From Actinomycetota bacterium (lineage in GTDB: Bacteria; Actinomycetota; Acidimicrobiia; Acidimicrobiales; Ilumatobacteraceae): a DNA stretch of 64,000 bases. The stretch spans positions 2,938,514 through 3,002,513 of the forward strand of contig CP064997.1 of the NCBI GenBank assembly GCA_016700055.1, written 5' to 3'. A model generated the notes under the pieces. It ran no database searches and was not told the DNA's origin. It worked only from the letters and a program-made list of their open reading frames with translations. A program made the translations under genes and the position numbers. Of the stretch, positions 18,054-26,221 are shown one piece after another (position 1 is the first letter of the stretch; every line of letters begins with the position of its first letter).

Positions 18054-18812
18054 TCAGGCGAGGGCGGTCCAGGGGTGGAGCGACAGGGCGCGGTGCCACT
18101 TGTTGCGGGGTAGGTCGGGGTGCAGCGTCGCCATGCCCATCGCGAACTTGCTGACCTTCAGGGGTCGGATGTGCATCGCCCAGAGGGCACGATCCACGTC
18201 GCTCGGGCCGTGCGGGGTCTTCGTCTCCACGATGACGGTGTGCGCCGGCCCGGCTGTTCGCGCTCCGGTGCTGCACCTGAGGCCGATGTCGATCGTGGCC
18301 CGCGAGCCGCCGGTGACGATCGTGCTGCGGTCGTAGCGGGTGGTGAGCACCGGCTCCAGCCCGGGCAGGCATGGCTGCACCAGCTCGAAGCCCGAGAGGA
18401 ACGCCCGGGACCCGTCCGTGAGCGTGCCCGCTAGCGATGCAGGGTGCGGGTGGCGGTGCTTCACGGTGCGGCCGCGGGCGTCACGCAACTTCACCTCGAC
18501 GAAGCAGGCACCGGAATCGAGGTACCTGCGGGTACGCACCTTGAAGCGCCGCGGACGCCGGTGGGCCGCACCGAGGTACGAGTCGAGGGCCGGCGTGTCG
18601 AAGTACCGGGACTCGTAGCCGAACGACCGCCGCCCGTCGACGTCGAGGGCCCTGGAGGAGTCTCCCACCAGCGACAACAAGCCGGTGAACTGCTCGGGAG
18701 TGAGCAGGTACTTGCGGTCCGTGCGGGTCTGGAGCCGGGCGAACTCGTCGAGCTCGTCGAGCGTCACTGGGGCGAGCGCAGCAAGGGTTCGGTCCAACGT
18801 CGTCGCCCTCAT
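18054..18812 (-). CDS. VTC-domain protein (polyphosphate-polymerase/triphosphate-tunnel-like)
   Basis: RTDRKYLLTP, YESRYFDTP, RRFKVRTRRY, CFVEVKLRD, beta-strand Arg/Lys/Glu pattern of the CYTH/VTC tunnel fold. Confidence 0.8.
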   Translation of the reverse strand: MRATTLDRTLAALAPVTLDELDEFARLQTRTDRKYLLTPEQFTGLLSLVGDSSRALDVDGRRSFGYESRYFDTPALDSYLGAAHRRPRRFKVRTRRYLDSGACFVEVKLRDARGRTVKHRHPHPASLAGTLTDGSRAFLSGFELVQPCLPGLEPVLTTRYDRSTIVTGGSRATIDIGLRCSTGARTAGPAHTVIVETKTPHGPSDVDRALWAMHIRPLKVSKFAMGMATLHPDLPRNKWHRALSLHPWTALA

Positions 18813-19417
18813 CGCAGCATCTCGAGCTCGCTCGGCCCGGTGGTACCGCCGCCGGCCGGCCCGCTGGTCGCCCTCACCGGTACCTCGTAGCGAACGTCGA
18901 CGACGGTCGTGTCGTTCACCAGGTCGACCTTGCGGACGGTGAAGCGGTGCACGGTGGCGCCGAGCAGGTCTTCGAGGCGGGCCTGGAGCACAGGCTCGCT
19001 CACGTACGCGTGGTCGAGGGTCACGATCTGGTGGCGGTACCGGCCGAACAGCGCGGGGTGATCACCGACGAACATGACGACGACGATGGCCGCCATCAGC
19101 GCCGGGCTGAGCCAGCCGGGCGACACCGCGAAGCCGCCGAGCAGGCCAAGGGCCAGCGCGCCGAAGAAGTAGGCGATCTCGTGCTGGTCCATCTCGGCCG
19201 AGCGGAGTCGGATGATCGACAGCACGCCGAACAGGCCGAGCCCCAGCCCGGCGCTGAGCTCGGCCGACGACAACGCCTGCGTCACGCCGAGGACCCCGAC
19301 GTTGATTCCGAGGTACGCGACGACCATGTCGCGGCGCCGGTGGCGGGGGAAGTAGACGCCAAGTACCAGGAGGGAGACGGCGACGAGGTCTAGGGCGAAG
19401 AGCAGGGCCAGTGACAT
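18809..19417 (-). CDS. DUF4956-family membrane protein
   Basis: Multi-span N-terminus with ...GVLSIIRLRSAEMDQHEIAYFF... signature region; ATGA overlap with the VTC gene. Confidence 0.75.
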   Translation of the reverse strand: MSLALLFALDLVAVSLLVLGVYFPRHRRRDMVVAYLGINVGVLGVTQALSSAELSAGLGLGLFGVLSIIRLRSAEMDQHEIAYFFGALALGLLGGFAVSPGWLSPALMAAIVVVMFVGDHPALFGRYRHQIVTLDHAYVSEPVLQARLEDLLGATVHRFTVRKVDLVNDTTVVDVRYEVPVRATSGPAGGGTTGPSELEMLR

Positions 19418-19548
19418 TGGGTGGCTCCGATGGTCGGGGGCGAACGTTGGCGTCCGCTGTCTGGTGAGTCACCCGCAGGTCTACGCAGCGAAGCTGAGCG
19501 TCGGCTGTGAGCCACCGCACAGGATCCCTGGACCGCGTGCTCACCTTC

Positions 19549-19597
19549 GTTCTCGGTCGGATTTGTGACACATAGCGCGACTGATCCGACCGAGAAC
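19549..19597 (+). repeat. 49-bp hairpin element, copy 2 (variant G at position 35)
   Basis: Identical to copy 3; lies in the divergent gap between DUF4956 (start 19417) and the VOC gene (start 19630). Confidence 0.95.
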
Positions 19598-19629
19598 GCG
19601 CTGGCGGACGGCGGGTTTAACGTGCTGGG

Positions 19630-19971
19630 GTGGCTGAGGTGATGGTGCCGATCTTCAGAGTCGCCGACGCCCGGGCGGCTGCGCAGTGGTACGCCCGGAT
19701 GGGGTTCCGTGTCGCCGGCGAGCACCGATTCGCGCCAGGCCTGCCGCTCTACCTCTTCTTGGAGCGAGGGGGCGTGTGGCTGCACCTCTCCGAGCACCTC
19801 GGAGACGCGACGCCCAACACGCTCGTGTACTTCTGGGTCGACGACGTCGACGCCATCGCCGCCGAGTTCGCCGCCGAGGTGCACGAGGAGCCTTGGGCTC
19901 GAGAGATCGAGCTGACCGATCCAGACGGCAACCGGCTGCGCGTCGGCACGCGTTCTCGGTCGGATTTGTGA
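19630..19971 (+). CDS. VOC-superfamily protein, bleomycin-binding (Ble/BLMA)-like
   Basis: VPIFRVADARAAAQWYARMGF and NTLVYFWVDDVD...EEPWAREIELTDPDGNRLRV parallel the Sh ble family as I recall it; start GTG 19630 or ATG 19642; last 6 codons and TGA lie inside repeat copy 3. Confidence 0.7.
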   Translation: MAEVMVPIFRVADARAAAQWYARMGFRVAGEHRFAPGLPLYLFLERGGVWLHLSEHLGDATPNTLVYFWVDDVDAIAAEFAAEVHEEPWAREIELTDPDGNRLRVGTRSRSDL

Positions 19972-20000
19972 CACATAGCGCGACTGATCCGACCGAGAAC
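19952..20000 (+). repeat. 49-bp hairpin element, copy 3 (variant G at position 35)
   Basis: Overlaps the last 20 nt of the VOC ORF; followed by GAAGGGGGG and the amidohydrolase ATG 26 nt later. Confidence 0.95.
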
Positions 20001-20026
20001 GAAGGGGGGTCGTAAGGTCGGCGGGC

Positions 20027-20917
20027 ATGCCAGGCATGTCGCAAATCACGAGCATCGGCGCGATCGACACCATGATCGGGTTTCCGCACCGGGACATGAA
20101 GGCGCTCTACAAGTTCATCACCGACCAGGTGAAGGACCGTGAGTCCAAGGACGAGTTCGAGTTCCCCGCCGAGTACATGTTCAAAGACGTCCCCGACAAG
20201 CAGCTGCGCACCGAGGAGGACCCCGTCGGCGTCACCCTGCGGGAGATGGACCGCTGGGGGATCGCGCGGGGGATGATCGGCGTCGGCGACGAGGCCGGGC
20301 TCGGCGAAGAAGCGCTGCGCCGGCATCCCGACCGCTTCATCCCGTCGGCAAGCGTCGACCCGAACCGGGGGATGGAGGGGATCCGCGAGATCGTGCGCCT
20401 CCACGAGACCTACGGCATCCGCGCTGTCGGGGTGTTCCCGTCGGGCACGTTCCCGCAGGTCGCGATCAACGACAAGCTGATGTACCCGATCTACGCGAAG
20501 TGCTGTGAGCTCGACATCGCCTTGTTCTGCTGCGCGGGCGTGCCTGGCCCGCGCCTGCGGATGGCACCCCAGCGGGTGGAGCTGATCGACGAGGTGATGT
20601 ACGACTTCCCCGACCTGCGCTTCGTCACCCGCCACGGCTGCGAACCGTGGACGGAGCTCGCCGTGAAGCTGATGCTGAAGTGGCCGAACCTCTACTACTC
20701 GACGTCGGCATTCGCCCCCAAGCACTACCCGAAGGCGATCATCGACTACGCCAACACGCGCGGTGCCGGCAAGATCATCTACGCCGGCTACTTCCCGATG
20801 GGGCTCTCGCTGGAGCGGATCATGACCGAGATGGAGCAGGTGCCGTTCAAGGCCGAGGTGTGGCCGCAGTTCCTGCGCGACAACGCCGCCAAGGTGCTGA
20901 AGCTCGACGGCGCCTGA
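20027..20917 (+). CDS. amidohydrolase-2 family protein (ACMSD-like metal-dependent hydrolase/decarboxylase)
   Basis: 296 aa; AIDTMIGFPH, RAVGVFPSG, TRHGCEPW, IYAGYFPMG, FLRDNAAKVL pattern. Confidence 0.7.
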   Translation: MPGMSQITSIGAIDTMIGFPHRDMKALYKFITDQVKDRESKDEFEFPAEYMFKDVPDKQLRTEEDPVGVTLREMDRWGIARGMIGVGDEAGLGEEALRRHPDRFIPSASVDPNRGMEGIREIVRLHETYGIRAVGVFPSGTFPQVAINDKLMYPIYAKCCELDIALFCCAGVPGPRLRMAPQRVELIDEVMYDFPDLRFVTRHGCEPWTELAVKLMLKWPNLYYSTSAFAPKHYPKAIIDYANTRGAGKIIYAGYFPMGLSLERIMTEMEQVPFKAEVWPQFLRDNAAKVLKLDGA

Positions 20918-20965
20918 CCGCACCCGGCCTGAACCCGCTGGACCATGTCGCCCTAGGGTGAGCAC

Positions 20966-21304
20966 ATGAGCGATTCGACCCAGCCCGTGACGCGCCTCGA
21001 CGACGTCGAGTCACTCGTGGCGGTACAGCCCGACAGCACCCTTTCGCGGGTCGTGCTGCAGGCCCCCGGTGCCCGCGTGGTGCTGTTCGCGTTCGACGCC
21101 GGCCAGGAGCTCACCGAGCACACCGCGAGTGTGCCCGTGCTGTTGCAGGTGCTCTCCGGCGAGCTCGAGGTGAGCGCCGGTGGGGAGACGTTCGACCTTC
21201 GCCCGGGCGGCCTCGCGCATCTCGAGGGCAAGCTGGCCCACTCCGTAGTCGCCCGCGAGCCGACGGTGCTCCAGCTCACGATGCTGCAGCCGCAGGCCGG
21301 CTGA
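20966..21304 (+). CDS. cupin-domain protein
   Basis: 112 aa; FDAGQELTEHTASVPVLLQVLSGELEV...GGLAHLEGKLAHSV fits the two cupin motifs. Confidence 0.65.
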   Translation: MSDSTQPVTRLDDVESLVAVQPDSTLSRVVLQAPGARVVLFAFDAGQELTEHTASVPVLLQVLSGELEVSAGGETFDLRPGGLAHLEGKLAHSVVAREPTVLQLTMLQPQAG

Positions 21305-21394
21305 GCTCCGCTCGCCGTCACCCGAGGGCGTCGCGTTACGGTGCGAGCCGGCGCGGGCGGATCAGCCCGGCCAGGTCCGCCAAGGGGGCACGAA

Positions 21395-21682
21395 GTGATC
21401 AAGGTCAGCGTTCTGTATCCGGCCGGCGACGGCATCACGTTCGACATGGACTACTACAAGACCAAGCACATGGAGATCGTCCAGCGGGTGATGCCCGGGC
21501 TGCGCAAGGTCGAGATCGACAGCCGTGTCGACGGCCCCTACATCGCCGTCGGGAACCTCTACTTCGACTCGCTCGAAGCTCTCGGCGCGGCGATGGGCGG
21601 TGCCGGCGAGGCGATGGCCGACGTCGTCAACGTCACGAACGCGCAGGCGGTGCTGCAGACGTCCGAGGTCGTCACCGGCTAG
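21395..21682 (+). CDS. EthD-family protein
   Basis: Start set to GTG 21395 (VIKVSVLYP...) 6 nt after AAGGGGG; FDMDYYKTKHMEIV and NLYFDSLEAL typical of EthD/TIGR02118-like proteins. Confidence 0.65.
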   Translation: MIKVSVLYPAGDGITFDMDYYKTKHMEIVQRVMPGLRKVEIDSRVDGPYIAVGNLYFDSLEALGAAMGGAGEAMADVVNVTNAQAVLQTSEVVTG

Positions 21683-21728
21683 GTCGTCACGGGCTGGGTC
21701 GTTTTCGGGCTGGGTCGCCGCGGGCTGG
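21668..21728 (+). repeat. four tandem about-15-nt units GTCG-N-CGGGCTGG spanning the EthD stop codon
   Basis: GTCGTCACCGGCTAG / GTCGTCACGGGCTGG / GTCGTTTTCGGGCTGG / GTCGCCGCGGGCTGG read directly. Confidence 0.7.
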
Positions 21729-21739
21729 CCCGCTCTTGC

Positions 21740-22972
21740 TCAGCCCTGCGTGCCCACCAGCAGGTCGCGGAAGGGCACGTCGCGATCGACCGCTGGTTCG
21801 CGGGGCAGGCCGAGCACGCGGTCACCGATGATGTTCTTCTGGATCTCGTCGGTGCCGCCGGCGATGCTCGACTGGAAGCTGTTCAGCATGATCCTTGCCC
21901 AGTTCTCGGCGCGGTCCCCGGGCATCCACGCGTCGGAGTCGTGGCCGAGGACATGGCTGATCAGGGGACGGCAGATGCGGGCGATCTTCGCGCCGTGCAG
22001 CTTGCCGAGCGATCCGCCCGGGCCCGGCGCCTTGCCGGCCTTCAGCTCGGCGCGGGTGCGCATCGACACGAGCGACTTCGTGAGCTCCTCGCTGTAGAGC
22101 GCCATCAAGCGCTGGCGCAGCACGGGGTCGGTGATCGTGCCCCGCCGAGTGGCCTCCGCGATCAGCATGTCCGCGTTCGGGTGGCTCACCCCGCTCGTCG
22201 CGCCGGTGCCGATCGCGACGCGCTCGTACATCAGCATCGCCGTGGCCTGGTTCCAGCCGTTGTTCAGCTCGCCGAGCAGCCAGTCGGCGGGGATGCGGGC
22301 ATCGGTGAGGAAGACCTCGTTGAAGTGGCTGCCACCGTCGATCTGGTGGATGGGCCGGATCTCGACGCCCGGGCCGCGCATGTCGAGGATGAACATCGAG
22401 ATGCCGGCGTGCTTCGGCGCGTCGGGATTGGTGCGGGCGATGATCACGCCGAACTCGCAGTGATGGGCCAACGTGGTCCACACCTTCTGACCGTTCAGCA
22501 CCCACTCGTCGCCGTCGCGCACGGCCTTCGTCTGGAGGCTCGCCACGTCGCTGCCCGCACCCGGCTCGGAGAACATCTGGCACCACAGCTCCTCACCGGA
22601 GATGTTCTTCGGGAGGAACCGTGCCTTTTGCTCGTGGGTGCCGAAGTCGTTGAGCACGGGTAGGCACATGCCGTGGCTGATCGTCAGCTCGAACGTCATG
22701 TTCGGGTAGTGGGCGTACTCCTCGCGCCAGATGCGCTCGTGGGCTCGGGTCAGCCCGGCGCCGCCGAACTCGGCCGGGTACGCCAACCCGGCGAGGCCGG
22801 CCTCGGCCAGCGCCTTCTGGAACCGGCGGCCAGCGGTCAGTGATCTGTCGCCACGCGACTCGGGCCCGCCAGAGCTGATGCCTGTGGCGTGGGCGTCGAG
22901 GAACTCCCGACACCGGGTCCGGAAGGCCTCTGCCTCGACGGCGCTCAGCTCGTCCTCGGTGCTCGTGCTCAT
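21740..22972 (-). CDS. acyl-CoA dehydrogenase
   Basis: Start trimmed to ATG 22972 (MSTSTEDELSAVE); WCQMFSEPGAGSD, GQKVWTT, GGTDEIQKNIIG motifs. Confidence 0.9.
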   Translation of the reverse strand: MSTSTEDELSAVEAEAFRTRCREFLDAHATGISSGGPESRGDRSLTAGRRFQKALAEAGLAGLAYPAEFGGAGLTRAHERIWREEYAHYPNMTFELTISHGMCLPVLNDFGTHEQKARFLPKNISGEELWCQMFSEPGAGSDVASLQTKAVRDGDEWVLNGQKVWTTLAHHCEFGVIIARTNPDAPKHAGISMFILDMRGPGVEIRPIHQIDGGSHFNEVFLTDARIPADWLLGELNNGWNQATAMLMYERVAIGTGATSGVSHPNADMLIAEATRRGTITDPVLRQRLMALYSEELTKSLVSMRTRAELKAGKAPGPGGSLGKLHGAKIARICRPLISHVLGHDSDAWMPGDRAENWARIMLNSFQSSIAGGTDEIQKNIIGDRVLGLPREPAVDRDVPFRDLLVGTQG

Positions 22973-23033
22973 GCGGTGGATGCTTGCACGCGCCGCCGCG
23001 TTATGGGGAACCCGGGAAGTGGTCGCGTAGCGA

Positions 23034-24575
23034 TCAGCCGGGGCGAGCGCCGAGGGCGGGCCAGGATCCCAGCTGATCCAGGGCACGCACGGTGGAGGGC
23101 ACCGCCGCTCGCGGCACCGGGTGGCTGATCAGGAAACCCTGCGCCTTGTGGCAGCCGAGCTCGCCGAGGATCTGGAGCTGGCGGACGTCCTCCACCCCCT
23201 CGGCCACCGTGTCGAGCCCCAGCGAGCGCCCCATGGCGACGATCGCGCGCACCAGCGAGCGCGCGCTCGGGTCGGTGGCGAGCCCGCACACGAAGGCCTG
23301 GTCGATCTTCAACCGGTTGATCGGGAACCGCTGGAGCAGCGACAGCGACGAATAGCCGGTGCCGAAGTCGTCGATCGCGATCCGTACGCCGAGCGCCCTG
23401 ATCCGGCGCAAGGTGGCGAGGGCCTGCTCGGGCTCGGTCACCATCACCCCCTCGGTCACCTCCAGCCAGAGCTGGCGCGCCGGCACGCCGGAGCGGATGA
23501 GCGCTTCGTTGACGATGCCGAGGAAGTTCGGGTCGCGGAGCTGTCTCGGCGACACGTTGACCGACATCGACGCCATCGGCCCGCACTCGCCTTCGTCGAT
23601 CCACGAACGCAGGTGGGTGAGCGCTTCGACGAGCGCCCAGGACCCGATCGGCACGATCGTGCCGGTCTCCTCGGCGATGGGGATGAACTCCCCTGGCGGC
23701 ACGAACGTGCCCTCCGCGCGCTCCCAGCGCATCAGCGCCTCGAACCCGTCGACGTCACCGTGCTCGATGTCGATGACCAACTGGTGATACAGCCTCAGCT
23801 CGTCGTGCTCGAGTGCCCTGTAGAGCGCGGTCTCCGTGGCAAGGCGGTGCGACGCGCTGTGCAGCATCGACTCGTCGTACAAGGCGATGCTGTTGCGGCC
23901 ACGGTTCTTGGCCCGGTACATCGCCGCGTCGGCGGCGCGCAGCAGGTCGTCTGCATACTCGTTCGCGTTCGGGTTGGCGCTCGCGACCCCGATGCTCGGC
24001 GTGACGAAGAGATCGCCCGTGCGCAGCGTGATCGGCTCGCGAAAGGCATCCAGCACCTTGTCGGCCAACGCCATCGCGGCGTCGGGACCGCTCGATCCGG
24101 GGTCGAGCACGACGAACTCGTCACCGGCGATCCGCCCGACCGTCGCGCCCGCGGGGACGACGTCGAGCAGCCGGGCGGCGACCGTGGTGAGCACGATGTC
24201 ACCGACGGCGTGCCCGAGGCTGTCGTTGATCGTCTTGAACCGGTCGAGGTCGATGAACAGCACCGCCGGCCGGCGCCCGGACTCCCAGGAAGCAGCCAAC
24301 GCGCCGGAGATCATCTCGATCAGCAGCGCCCGGTTCGCCAGCTCGGTCAGGGGATCGGTGTGGGCGGACTGGCGCAGTGCGGCGTGCTCACGGTTGCTGG
24401 CCCTCGACCGATGCGCGGCCCGCGCGGCAACCGCGAGCACGGCGGCGATGGCGAGCGCGCGAGCGGCCACGCCCCGTGCACTCCAGAAGACGATCCACAC
24501 CCCGACCAGCGCCACCGCGCCGTCGACAAGGGCGCCCGAGGACCAGAACCTCCCGTGCCCACGTTCGGTAGCCAT
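23034..24575 (-). CDS. membrane-anchored GGDEF-EAL protein (c-di-GMP turnover)
   Basis: Start trimmed to ATG 24575 (MATERGHGRFW); two TM spans; RIAGDEFVV (AGDEF variant of GGDEF); EALMRW, DDFGTGYSSL, KIDQAFV EAL motifs. Confidence 0.9.
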   Translation of the reverse strand: MATERGHGRFWSSGALVDGAVALVGVWIVFWSARGVAARALAIAAVLAVAARAAHRSRASNREHAALRQSAHTDPLTELANRALLIEMISGALAASWESGRRPAVLFIDLDRFKTINDSLGHAVGDIVLTTVAARLLDVVPAGATVGRIAGDEFVVLDPGSSGPDAAMALADKVLDAFREPITLRTGDLFVTPSIGVASANPNANEYADDLLRAADAAMYRAKNRGRNSIALYDESMLHSASHRLATETALYRALEHDELRLYHQLVIDIEHGDVDGFEALMRWERAEGTFVPPGEFIPIAEETGTIVPIGSWALVEALTHLRSWIDEGECGPMASMSVNVSPRQLRDPNFLGIVNEALIRSGVPARQLWLEVTEGVMVTEPEQALATLRRIRALGVRIAIDDFGTGYSSLSLLQRFPINRLKIDQAFVCGLATDPSARSLVRAIVAMGRSLGLDTVAEGVEDVRQLQILGELGCHKAQGFLISHPVPRAAVPSTVRALDQLGSWPALGARPG

Positions 24576-24672
24576 GTGACCACGCAATGTAGTTTCAGTC
24601 GGTGATCGAACGTGGGAATGGTCGCTGCGGGGTACGGTGTGCCACCACGCCGCGGCGCTGGCCAAACACCAC

Positions 24673-25629
24673 ATGACAACACGAGCCTCCACCGCCTCCG
24701 TCGTCGTCCCCGGTTCGCACCTCATGCCCGCGCTGCTCGGCACGCGTGACGCACATCTGCGCCGCATCGAGGCTGCGTTCCCCGACACCGAGATCCACGT
24801 GCGCGGCAACGAGGTGTCCCTCAGTGGCGCCGGCGCCGCCGCCGTCGGGCACCTGCTCGAAGAGCTCGTGCTCCTGCTGCAGCGCGGCGAGCCACTCGAC
24901 GACGCCACCATCGGGCGCAGCATCGACATGATCCGCGCCGACGAGCGGCCGAGCACGGTCCTCACCGACGACATCATGCGCAGTGCGCGCGGGCGGTCGA
25001 TCCGCCCCAAGACCGCCGGGCAGAAGCGGTACATCGATGCCGTCCGGGCGAACGTGATCACGTTCGGCATCGGCCCGGCCGGCACGGGCAAGAGCTGGCT
25101 CGCGGTGGCGATGGCGGTCCAGGCCTTGCAGGCCAAGGCGGTGCAGCGGATCATCCTCACCCGGCCCGCGGTCGAAGCCGGCGAGCGTCTCGGATTCCTG
25201 CCCGGCGACCTGATGGCCAAGGTCGACCCGTACCTACGCCCGCTGTACGACGCGCTCTACGACATGCTCGAACCCGACGGTGCCCAGCGGATGCTCGAGC
25301 GCCAGGCGATCGAGGTGGCACCGCTCGCGTTCATGCGGGGGCGCACCTTGAACAACAGCTTCATCATCTTGGACGAGGCCCAGAACACGACGCCGGAGCA
25401 GATGAAGATGTTCCTCACGCGCATCGGCTTCGGGTCCAAGGTCGTGGTCACCGGCGACGTCACCCAGATCGACGTCCCCGACGGGCGCAGCGGTCTCGCC
25501 GGGTTGGAGCGCATCCTCACCGACATCGACGGGCTCGCGTTCGTGCACCTGACTGCGGCAGACGTAGTGCGGCACCGCATCGTCGCCGACATCGTCGCCG
25601 CGTACGAGAGAGGCCCGACCGGTGGGTGA
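24673..25629 (+). CDS. phoH: PhoH-family ATPase
   Basis: GPAGTGKSWLAVAMAV Walker A, ILTRPAVEAGERLGFLPGDL, IILDEAQN; start ATG 24673. Confidence 0.9.
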   Translation: MTTRASTASVVVPGSHLMPALLGTRDAHLRRIEAAFPDTEIHVRGNEVSLSGAGAAAVGHLLEELVLLLQRGEPLDDATIGRSIDMIRADERPSTVLTDDIMRSARGRSIRPKTAGQKRYIDAVRANVITFGIGPAGTGKSWLAVAMAVQALQAKAVQRIILTRPAVEAGERLGFLPGDLMAKVDPYLRPLYDALYDMLEPDGAQRMLERQAIEVAPLAFMRGRTLNNSFIILDEAQNTTPEQMKMFLTRIGFGSKVVVTGDVTQIDVPDGRSGLAGLERILTDIDGLAFVHLTAADVVRHRIVADIVAAYERGPTGG

Positions 25630-26221
25630 GGCGTCCCGGCCACGCCTCGGCAGGCAGCGCCGCGTCGGTGGCGACGAGGCGGCCGAGGTGTTCTGCGCCG
25701 ACGAGCAGACCGAGGTGCCCGTCGACGTGGCGCGCTGGCAGCGTCTTGCCGAAGCGGTGCTCGTGGCCGAAGGCGTGCGCGGGGGCACCGAGCTCTCGCT
25801 GCTGTTCATCGACCGAGCGTCGATCACCGAGCTCAACGAGACCCACCTCGGCGCCGCGGGGCCGACCGACGTGCTCTCGTTCCCGATCGACGCCGGTGAG
25901 CTGGTGGAGATCGTCGCCGGCCCCGGAGGGGCGACCCGCGGGCCCGACCGCCCGCCCGGCGACCTGAGCGACCTGCCGCTGCTGCTCGGCGACGTGGTCA
26001 TCTGCCCCGCCGTCGCCGCGGAGCAGGCCGGCGGGCACGCAGGCACCATCGAGGACGAGCTGGCCCTGCTCGTGGTGCACGGCATCTTGCACGTGCTCGG
26101 TCACGATCACGCCGAGCCGGACGAGGCCGCCCGCATGCGCCGGCGTGAGCTCGAGCTGTTGGAGGCCCACCACTGGGGTGCTCCGCCGCCGGCCGGTTTC
26201 CGCCAGGAGCACTCGGCATGA
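25622..26221 (+). CDS. ybeY: rRNA maturation endoribonuclease YbeY
   Basis: HGILHVLGHDH zinc motif; GTG 25622 overlaps phoH end by 8 nt (start not certain). Confidence 0.9.
   Translation: MGEASRPRLGRQRRVGGDEAAEVFCADEQTEVPVDVARWQRLAEAVLVAEGVRGGTELSLLFIDRASITELNETHLGAAGPTDVLSFPIDAGELVEIVAGPGGATRGPDRPPGDLSDLPLLLGDVVICPAVAAEQAGGHAGTIEDELALLVVHGILHVLGHDHAEPDEAARMRRRELELLEAHHWGAPPPAGFRQEHSA

Noticed and set aside
15898-19597. A tRNA-Cys-linked genomic island or prophage remnant.
   Set aside because: There is no integrase, no phage or conjugation genes, and I could not see a direct repeat of the tRNA 3' end. The composition looks like the rest of the window by eye. Only the bracketing by hairpin copies is retained as an observation.
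19549-20000. The repeat-flanked VOC gene as a classical integron cassette with attC sites.
   Set aside because: No intI integrase, attI or Pc is in the window. The element ends (GTTCTC...GAGAAC) do not fit the RYYYAAC/GTTRRRY attC core sites. At 49 bp with a perfect 14-bp stem and no extrahelical bases, it is unlike known attC. Only the formal analogy is kept as a hypothesis.
23034-24575. The AGDEF variant as evidence that the GGDEF domain is inactive.
   Set aside because: The remaining catalytic residues (DEF and surrounding positions) look intact. I cannot judge activity from sequence alone, so no claim is made.
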